Source: a virus. Taken from it: 64,000 bases of DNA. The translations under genes and the position numbers were made by a program. The notes beneath the pieces were generated by a model. It ran no database searches. It was given only the letters and a program-made list of their open reading frames with translations, and had not been told where the DNA came from. The stretch covers positions 64,001 to 128,000 of IMG/VR virus record IMGVR_UViG_3300027754_005796; one strand, 5' to 3'. Below are positions 39,153 through 46,320 of this stretch, piece after piece. Every line of letters begins with the position of its first letter. Position 1 is the first letter of the stretch.

Positions 39153-39296
39153 ATGCCCGAACAGGACTCGAACCTGTACAAAGAGTGCCATTCCGGGCTA
39201 AAGGAATCGAACCTTTATTTCTTGCTTAGAGCAGGCGTTTTGACCGCTTTAAACTAAGCCCGTAAAACTCTTGTGCTACCATTACACTATCGGGCA
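39153..39296 (-). tRNA. trnQ: tRNA-Gln (predicted UUG) split in the anticodon by a 73-nt tRNA-like insert
   Basis: 5' exon 39296-39264 TGCCCGA-TA-GTGT-AATGGTA-GCAC-A-AGAGT-TTT; 3' exon 39190-39153 TGGC-ACTCT-TTGT-ACAGG-TTCGAGT-CCTGT-TCGGGCA-T; all stems pair. Confidence 0.85.
39191..39263 (-). tRNA. Nested tRNA-like element with degenerate anticodon arm (CTA in loop)
   Basis: ACGGGCT-TA-GTTT-AAAGCGGTCA-AAAC-G-CCTGC-TCTAA-GCAAG-AAAT-AAAGG-TTCGATT-CCTTT-AGCCCGG-AA. Confidence 0.8.
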
Positions 39297-39304
39297 GTCA
39301 TTAA

Positions 39305-39334
39305 ATTGTAAGCGTTAGCTTGACAAATTATCAA
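39305..39334 (-). promoter_or_regulatory. Sigma-70 promoter for the nested tRNA
   Basis: TTGATA-18 nt-TACAAT on minus strand, ending 8 nt before the tRNA 5' end. Confidence 0.65.
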
Positions 39335-39348
39335 CAGTAATTTATACT
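39320..39348 (+). promoter_or_regulatory. Sigma-70 promoter for tRNA-Arg
   Basis: TTGACA-17 nt-TATACT. Confidence 0.8.
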
Positions 39349-39362
39349 TTTTTTTGTTAGCT

Positions 39363-39444
39363 GTCGCTGACTCAGAATTGGATACTGAACTGGTCTTCTA
39401 AACCAGCGGTGAAAACCATGTGGGTTCGAGTCCCACCAGCGACA
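39363..39444 (+). tRNA. trnR: tRNA-Arg(UCU) with long variable arm
   Basis: GTCGCTG/CAGCGAC acceptor, TCAG/CTGA D-stem, CTGGT-CTTCTAA-ACCAG, variable arm GGT-GAAA-ACC, GTGGG-TTCGAGT-CCCAC; no CCA. Confidence 0.88.
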
Positions 39445-39660
39445 TTATTCAATGATTCCATAGTGTTTAGCCCACTTGCGAATTGCGTTATCAGAAACAT
39501 CGTACATTTTTGCAATTTGCGTGTATGCAGTAGTGGCTATAAGTTGTTCAAGTTCATTTTTTGTAGGCAGGTTCGGAATTTTGCTCTTGCACTTTTTGCG
39601 AGAAATGTCAAAGTAACGCCTGTCACAGCAGGAGTTAGTCATGTCCGAAGAGCAAATCAA
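39445..39660 (-). pseudogene. HTH-only protein or remnant of an HNH homing endonuclease C-terminus
   Basis: PTKNELEQLI...TQIAKMYDVSDNAIRKWAKHYGI resembles the tail of the HNH at 38381. Confidence 0.55.
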
Positions 39661-39901
39661 ATTAAAGGCTGTTTGTCAATTTGCTCAAAGGAAAGATTAT
39701 TCAACGCTTTTGCGTCGAATAGATTCTCATGGGGCACATGCAGACGATCCTAGCTATGTGTATTGCGACTTTTGCGGTACTCCCACCGAAGCTCTGACTG
39801 CGGATTCGGTTTTTAAGACTCATTCTGTGTGCAGTCAATGCTCTGGTTTGCAGGAAAAAGGTTGGTTGGAAGATGCAATTGCTCACCACGAGGGACTGTG
39901 A
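39641..39901 (+). CDS. Small zinc-ribbon protein
   Basis: CDFC...CSQC; AGGAG RBS. Confidence 0.55.
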   Translation: MSEEQIKLKAVCQFAQRKDYSTLLRRIDSHGAHADDPSYVYCDFCGTPTEALTADSVFKTHSVCSQCSGLQEKGWLEDAIAHHEGL

Positions 39902-40137
39902 TGGCTGACGCAAATAAAATTCAACAACAAGCTTTCTATATTATTGGAATCGTGACGCTCCTTCTTGTTATAATGGTGCTGGCTTGGCCTATTCAGTTTT
40001 TGTGGAATTCTGTATTGATCAGCGCATTGTCTTGTTGCCGAGAAATTACCTACTGGCAAGCTGTGGGATTTGAGGTTTTTGTATTCATTTTGGGCCGTAT
40101 TTTTAATATGAATGCAAATATTCCGAAAAATGATTGA
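39901..40137 (+). CDS. Small membrane protein
   Basis: LWN...ITYWQAVG pattern, hydrophobic helices. Confidence 0.6.
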   Translation: MADANKIQQQAFYIIGIVTLLLVIMVLAWPIQFLWNSVLISALSCCREITYWQAVGFEVFVFILGRIFNMNANIPKND

Positions 40138-40221
40138 TATTTCGTTGGTGGCATGCTTTCTGACCGAAAATAATTTTTAAATACTGTCCATGAAAAACTC
40201 TGCAATTTTCTATATAATTTA

Positions 40222-40638
40222 ATGGATAAAATCCCGTCTTTTGAGCAATTTGTTTTATTGAAAGAAGGCAACACTCGTAGTGCCTTGAAAACTTTGCTGT
40301 ATCCACTTGGATACGGCGGTTTGGGCAATTATCCTCCGTTGCACTTTATTCCTAAAGCTGCCGATGCAATTTTGTACATTTCCAAGGATGAACGCCTGTT
40401 CTGTAACGGCGATGGTCCCCCTTGGGATATCAGTCATCTTCCCGGTCATAAACAATACGGCGACAAGATTAACAACGGCGAGGGAGAGCCCTACGACATC
40501 CGTGACCTTCCCGGCAAAACTATTGAACCCAAACCCACAGATGTCCCCGGCAATGTCGTTGCTCCCCGTGGGTTTGTGCGGCTGATTCAAAAGGTGAAGT
40601 GCCTTAAAGAAAAACCTCAAAGATTGATTCCAGACTGA
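40222..40638 (+). CDS. Hypothetical protein (possible internal head protein)
   Basis: SFEQFVLLKE N-terminus; internal PWDI.HLPG/PYDI.DLPG repeat. Confidence 0.6.
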   Translation: MDKIPSFEQFVLLKEGNTRSALKTLLYPLGYGGLGNYPPLHFIPKAADAILYISKDERLFCNGDGPPWDISHLPGHKQYGDKINNGEGEPYDIRDLPGKTIEPKPTDVPGNVVAPRGFVRLIQKVKCLKEKPQRLIPD

Positions 40639-40706
40639 TGTTAAACTTCAATGATTACATCGAGGCAAGTTATAGGGATCAGCCGCCTAAAAGGAGAAGA
40701 AGATGA
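40638..40706 (+). CDS. 22-aa basic micro-peptide MLNFNDYIEASYRDQPPKRRRR
   Basis: TGATG overlap upstream and ATGA overlap downstream. Confidence 0.45.
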   Translation: MLNFNDYIEASYRDQPPKRRRR

Positions 40707-43606
40707 ATATTGACTGGTTGTTCAATGAGTTTCGTGGCGACAGAATCGAAGGTTATCAACTTCTAGATGAGAAGTGGGAAAATCTTGATAATCCTGATAA
40801 AATGGCCAAATTCCTCTTCAATGTTGAAAAAACTGATTCAACAACTGGTCAAAAAGTAAAAGATCGTTGTTCTTCAGGGGGAGGTGATCATCATGTGTAC
40901 GGAGTAACATTTAACGGTTCTGATTTTAATAAAGTTAGCATCGCATTCAATCGTTGTGGTTCATATAGTGATTTTGATGGCGGGTATGGTGCACAAGTTT
41001 TTATGGGTGTGGCAAAAGCAATCAGCAAGTACGCTCAAGTTCGTAAACCTGCAAGGTTTTCTTGGTCTCCTGTGCCTAGATCGACTCGTCAAAAGCCCGG
41101 TCAAGCTCAAACTAGAGAGGCGAGAAAAAATGTTTATGAGCGCATGGCTGTTGGCAACATGTTTCCAGAAAAATATGTTTCTATTGAAGAAAATGAATGG
41201 TTGCGCAGGGATTTATACGACAAACATTATGTCCCTGCTGGCTACCCAGAAGTTCCCGAGGATATGACTAGCTCCTCGCATAACAAGTTAAAAAAACAAG
41301 CAGTAGATGATTTAAGGCAAAAGGCAAGTCAACTTCCTTATACTGCACAAAATGCTGCCGAAGGCAGTTACAGACTAGAGAGGGAGAGGCTAGAGAAAGA
41401 ACAAAGAGAAAGACTTGAAAGAGAAGCTTCAGAGAGATTGCGTGCAGAGATAGACAGTCCAGATATGAATCCCGAAGGATTAAATTTAGACGACAAGGTG
41501 TTTTTGACTCATGAATTAAATGACTTGCAAAAACAGATGCTTCAAAATTTTATGAATTTAGAGAGTTACCAAAGATTTATTGTCAATGGTCAAGATGAAG
41601 GTAAAATATTTGCTTTCAATCTCAGAGACGACCCTAGTAATCAAGGCGGTCGTATTTTAACCGCAAAAGTCAAACTGCGTACTGATGAAAATGATGATCA
41701 ACATTTAGGACAACAATTTGAATTTCCTGTCAAGTTTTTGCAAAAATTTGACAGCACCGCTTCCGACAGTCGAAAGCGCAATAGAGATGCTTATTATGAC
41801 AGAATTACAGCACAGGGAAATATAAATCCGAATCAACTAAAAGTTGGAGAAAAGGTTGTTTTGGTTTTACCTGTAGATAAAAACCTTCGGCAAGACTATG
41901 GCTCAGGTAAAGTTGGTTTTGGGGCGGTTGGCAAAATTGTTCGTCGTCAACTTGATTATGGTTACAGAGACCCTGAATTAATTTTTCAAATCAAGTTTGA
42001 TGACAATGTAATCCCAGAGTCTGAAAGAGACTCCGGTGATGCTGGAAATTTTGAGTTTGAATCTAGGGATGAAACCATTCCTTTAAACGCAAAAAATACT
42101 TTCTTGCTTCCTTACAATGATGAAAATGTGTCTAATGCTAAAAATATGTACCAACGCCATAAAAATCGTTTAAAGGATGCTCTCGAAAACATGGAGCTTA
42201 ATCCTCAACAATTAAATGTTGGCGATGAATTTTTTTTAATGCCTGATCAAATTCGTAGAAATTTAAGGAGAGATTACAACACACAAGATCAGGCTTTTGG
42301 CCAGATTTATAAAATTGTTGCAGTAAAATTTGATGATAGATCGTATCGTGGTGCGAGATTAACCTTTGAAACTAAAATACAAAATGCAAATGTTCTTGGT
42401 TCTGAAGTCATAGACAGTTTAAATGTAGTTGAAAAAAATGATTTTGTCGATAGTGGAAATGAAGATAAAAATTTTCCAAGTAATTCTAATTTTATCAAAA
42501 AAGTGTCATTAACTAATGTTCGGCAGGCCAAGAATTTTTATGAGACTTATGAAGAAAATAAAAAAAACTTTCTTCAAAACCCAAGCACTAATCCACATGG
42601 ATTAGTGCTTGGGTTAAAATATATTTTAACTCCAGCTACTGATGAAAGGTCGTATGTTTCGCTCCTTTCTTCAATAGTAGGCTATGTCGGAGATTTTGTG
42701 GGATTAATTCAAAGTAAAACCTCTCCTAATCAGATGAATTCTTATGGTTTTTTGTTTAAAACAGATCAGAGCAAGTCGTTAATGCTGTCTGATCGTAGTT
42801 CTAAAGATATTGTTTTTGTCTCTGATAATTTTATTCATGATAAGCCACAAGCTTATACTGAAGAGATTCACAGGAAAATACAAAAACTTGTCAGAAAAAA
42901 ACATATTGAGGATGAGGCAAGTTCTCATAAAAAAGATATTGTAAAAAACACTCCTCAGCAGTATAAATTTACAAGCCGAAATGATCCTGTTCAACAGCAG
43001 TTGATGAGTGATAGACGCAATCCTCTGGGAATAGGAATTGGCGACAAAGTAAAAATCAAACCAAATGACCAACTGCCTGTTGATAATCGGATTTCTTGGC
43101 GTATAGACAGGTCAAAAGAGTTTGAAGTTACGCTGGTCTCGACAAACTCTGGCACCCTCTCCACACAAATTGTTCTAGCTAGATTAAAACCGGGAAATGC
43201 ACATGTTGATGTTCAATATTTGCAATTGATAAAATCTTTCGCTACTCCTCAACTCCAAAAGAAAATGGAAAAAACGACCAGAATGCGTGGTCTACATCAA
43301 GCTGAAACGAGCCACAACGACCGCAGGATTGGCGATGAAGTGACCATCACGGGAGGTCCTTCTCGCAACAGAACAGGACACATAATTGGCTGGAAGATGA
43401 GCGGCAACAATGTTGTCGCTCAGGTTTTGTTAGACCCTCAAGACCCACAAAACATTATACATTCGACCTATCCAACTGAGAGGGCTAGCGTTGCTTTGAA
43501 GTATTTAAGACCAGTCGTTGCCAATGCTTCAGGAGTTTCCGAGTTGCGTCCTGAGTCTATGAACTACATGAATTACTTGTTAATGAGCAATTCTTTTTTT
43601 GGATGA
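40703..43606 (+). CDS. Large KOW/SH3-repeat protein, paralog 1
   Basis: Repeated NPxxLxxGD; C-terminal GDEVTITGGPSRNRTGHI. Confidence 0.7.
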   Translation: MNIDWLFNEFRGDRIEGYQLLDEKWENLDNPDKMAKFLFNVEKTDSTTGQKVKDRCSSGGGDHHVYGVTFNGSDFNKVSIAFNRCGSYSDFDGGYGAQVFMGVAKAISKYAQVRKPARFSWSPVPRSTRQKPGQAQTREARKNVYERMAVGNMFPEKYVSIEENEWLRRDLYDKHYVPAGYPEVPEDMTSSSHNKLKKQAVDDLRQKASQLPYTAQNAAEGSYRLERERLEKEQRERLEREASERLRAEIDSPDMNPEGLNLDDKVFLTHELNDLQKQMLQNFMNLESYQRFIVNGQDEGKIFAFNLRDDPSNQGGRILTAKVKLRTDENDDQHLGQQFEFPVKFLQKFDSTASDSRKRNRDAYYDRITAQGNINPNQLKVGEKVVLVLPVDKNLRQDYGSGKVGFGAVGKIVRRQLDYGYRDPELIFQIKFDDNVIPESERDSGDAGNFEFESRDETIPLNAKNTFLLPYNDENVSNAKNMYQRHKNRLKDALENMELNPQQLNVGDEFFLMPDQIRRNLRRDYNTQDQAFGQIYKIVAVKFDDRSYRGARLTFETKIQNANVLGSEVIDSLNVVEKNDFVDSGNEDKNFPSNSNFIKKVSLTNVRQAKNFYETYEENKKNFLQNPSTNPHGLVLGLKYILTPATDERSYVSLLSSIVGYVGDFVGLIQSKTSPNQMNSYGFLFKTDQSKSLMLSDRSSKDIVFVSDNFIHDKPQAYTEEIHRKIQKLVRKKHIEDEASSHKKDIVKNTPQQYKFTSRNDPVQQQLMSDRRNPLGIGIGDKVKIKPNDQLPVDNRISWRIDRSKEFEVTLVSTNSGTLSTQIVLARLKPGNAHVDVQYLQLIKSFATPQLQKKMEKTTRMRGLHQAETSHNDRRIGDEVTITGGPSRNRTGHIIGWKMSGNNVVAQVLLDPQDPQNIIHSTYPTERASVALKYLRPVVANASGVSELRPESMNYMNYLLMSNSFFG

Positions 43607-46320
43607 AAAAACTGATGAGAAATCCTTTTTTACCACAAAGTTTGATTTTTGAAACCATAGCCACCGAAGATTTGGCAAATGTTGAAATTTTGGATGGCAA
43701 ATGGGAAAATCTTACGGATACTGAACGACAGGCAGTATTTAGATTTAATGTTCAAACACCCTCCACAGATGGTTCACCGCCACAAAAAGATACTTGCGAG
43801 TATGATAGATATCATGTTTACATGGTTTCTTTTGGTGGGTGGGATCGTAAAGCTAATGGTGTCAGCATATCCTTTTACAGATGTGATAGCACAGCAGATG
43901 TCGGAGGAGGTTTTGGTAATCAAGTGTTTCTTGCTGTGCAGAAAGCAATTTATGATTATATCAAAGCAAGAAAACCTTATGCATTGTCGTGGTCTCCTGT
44001 AAGAAAATCAAGCACACAAGAAAAAATGAGAAAAGAAGGAGGCAATGCAAGAGGGAGAGTGTATGAAATGCTTTCGAGAGCCCATCTTTTTCCCGAGTAT
44101 GTTTCCTACAAGGAAAACCATTGGATAAGAAAAGATTTGTATGACAAGTTTGCAGTACCTGAAGGTCTTCCAAAGTTAAGTGATGATATATCTAAATCTT
44201 CCACTATGCTCAACAAGGTCTCTGAAATTAAAAGAATGAGACATGAATCAAAAAATGTTTCGCATGAAACAATTTCAAATATTAACGACAAAATATATAA
44301 TTTTGGCATCGAAGACCTCGCAAGAGAAAAAGAAGAGCTTTTAAAAAATGTGATTGATGATCCAGAGCAAAATCCAAATAAATTAAGAATTAATGATTTG
44401 GTACATTTAGATACGAACTATCCCACAGAGTATCAAGATTTTGTCAATGATGAATCATCTCACATTTCTTTATTAAAATACATTAATTCAGGAAGAGATT
44501 ACGGAAAAATCGTTGACATGTCATTGAGATCAGTACCGTGGACTGGTGGTAGTAAAGAGATGTTGCTAGGCAAAGTTTTTCTTGTAGATCAAGGTGATGA
44601 TGCATTCGATAATTATTCTAATTTTACTAATTATTATGTTCAGTTACCGCTGCGAATTTTAGAAAAATTTAAACCAGAAATAAAGTCTGAAAGAACAAAA
44701 CAACGCTTCAAAAAATTATTGGATGATGCGATTAAAAATCCTCTGGGGCTTGACTACGGCACCGAGGTGATTTTTTTACCAATTAAAATTATATTACAGG
44801 AAGACAGGGCTTTTGGCGATATTTTTAAAATTAAGAGATTTTATGATTCTTCTGGAAGCCTTTATTATGAAGCCGAATATGTTAAAAATTATTTTATCAA
44901 TCAAGACATAGACGAAAATTTTAAAAAGTATTTTGCCCCCACAGACATTCAAACTCTTCGTATCGATGAAGATATTACAAATTACGGCAACACTTGGAAC
45001 GGGAGGTTTTTGCCACTAATTCCTTCTACCATTGATAAAGCTGAAAGAAAATTTAGATCATTTATAGAAACTGCAAAATCCGCCCTTGAAGGAGATAATT
45101 TTTTTAAACTCAAAAAAGGAGATCAAGTCGTTGGTATAAAAGGAGACCTGCTTGGCAAATCTAAAATAGGCTTTCGATATGGACAAATTGGTCGGGTAGC
45201 TGATTTAGTGATTGACGACGGTGTACAAGTGCATATTAGCTGGAGAGATGAAAATGCTTTAAAGGATATGGAGTTATATCAACAAGTTTATAAAAACACT
45301 CCTGCTCTCTCGGTTACAAGACGGTATCATGAGCAAGATTATGACGACGCAGTCGGTATTGGTTTAACTTTCCAAAAGTTAAGCGATGAAGCAGTTGAGA
45401 AGGCAAAATCCAATTTGAAAAATGAATATCAAAAAGAGTATTTGGATTTTGTTGAAAATCCTGCATATAATCCAGAGAAAATTAAAGTCGGAGACACGGT
45501 TTTTGCGACTTACAAAACAACTAATTTCGCAAGATGTATGACCGTATCTTATTTTGGTGTGGTATCCAAAGTAGAATCTATTGATGTTTATCCAGATCAA
45601 AAAGTAGTGACTTTTAATCTTGTTGTTGACAAAACAAAAACAGCAAGCTTGATGCCTCAGGAAATTTCATTGAGCGGTTTTAGCATTTCTTCATATGATT
45701 TCTGTATAAAGCTTATGCATTATAATCCAGCGAATGTGTTGCTGCATAAGAAATTGGCACATATGTTTGACATCGGCAAAGATGTATTTACAAGTCGAAG
45801 TGATTGGCAAAAGCGTTTTCAATCAAATTTAGATGGTCAACAGTTCCAACAAAATCAAAAAGTAAAAGTTGCTGCTGGCTGGAAAACTGATGGCACAAGT
45901 GGTCAGCCATTTGTGGGTTATTTCTATCGTATGATTAGCAACAGATTAGCACGAGTTATGAATCCAGACGGAGATTTTGAAGGAGTGCGTATCGAAAAAA
46001 TGTCACCCGTAGGTAAACCAGATTTAAGACGCAATTTATTGCAGCAAATTCAATCCTCGTCCTTATCGATTGGAGATGCTGTTAAAGTATCAAAAGGTAT
46101 GCATGTCAACAAACTCGGGCATATCGTGAATTATTCGCCTAAGAAAGGATTTGCAGGCTATTATGTCATTGTTAAGACCATGCCCAGCGACAATGCTCAT
46201 AGTGAGAGAATAGTGGTAAATGCGGACGATCTTGTTCCAAGCGATGAAGTATCAAAATTGGAATCATACAAAACCATCTTAAATCGCATGAATAGATATT
46301 TTGAATGGAAAAAATTATGA
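43603..46320 (+). CDS. Large KOW/SH3-repeat protein, paralog 2
   Basis: Shared N-domain (SISFYRC, WSPV, RVYEMLS); GDAVKVSKGMHVNKLGHIV. Confidence 0.7.
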   Translation: MKKLMRNPFLPQSLIFETIATEDLANVEILDGKWENLTDTERQAVFRFNVQTPSTDGSPPQKDTCEYDRYHVYMVSFGGWDRKANGVSISFYRCDSTADVGGGFGNQVFLAVQKAIYDYIKARKPYALSWSPVRKSSTQEKMRKEGGNARGRVYEMLSRAHLFPEYVSYKENHWIRKDLYDKFAVPEGLPKLSDDISKSSTMLNKVSEIKRMRHESKNVSHETISNINDKIYNFGIEDLAREKEELLKNVIDDPEQNPNKLRINDLVHLDTNYPTEYQDFVNDESSHISLLKYINSGRDYGKIVDMSLRSVPWTGGSKEMLLGKVFLVDQGDDAFDNYSNFTNYYVQLPLRILEKFKPEIKSERTKQRFKKLLDDAIKNPLGLDYGTEVIFLPIKIILQEDRAFGDIFKIKRFYDSSGSLYYEAEYVKNYFINQDIDENFKKYFAPTDIQTLRIDEDITNYGNTWNGRFLPLIPSTIDKAERKFRSFIETAKSALEGDNFFKLKKGDQVVGIKGDLLGKSKIGFRYGQIGRVADLVIDDGVQVHISWRDENALKDMELYQQVYKNTPALSVTRRYHEQDYDDAVGIGLTFQKLSDEAVEKAKSNLKNEYQKEYLDFVENPAYNPEKIKVGDTVFATYKTTNFARCMTVSYFGVVSKVESIDVYPDQKVVTFNLVVDKTKTASLMPQEISLSGFSISSYDFCIKLMHYNPANVLLHKKLAHMFDIGKDVFTSRSDWQKRFQSNLDGQQFQQNQKVKVAAGWKTDGTSGQPFVGYFYRMISNRLARVMNPDGDFEGVRIEKMSPVGKPDLRRNLLQQIQSSSLSIGDAVKVSKGMHVNKLGHIVNYSPKKGFAGYYVIVKTMPSDNAHSERIVVNADDLVPSDEVSKLESYKTILNRMNRYFEWKKL

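Noticed and set aside
39191-39263. Group I/II intron in the tRNA anticodon
   Set aside because: Far too short, no catalytic core, does not end in G; folds as a cloverleaf.
39362-39444. tRNA-Sec
   Set aside because: Anticodon is TCT rather than TCA and the D-stem is only 4 bp.
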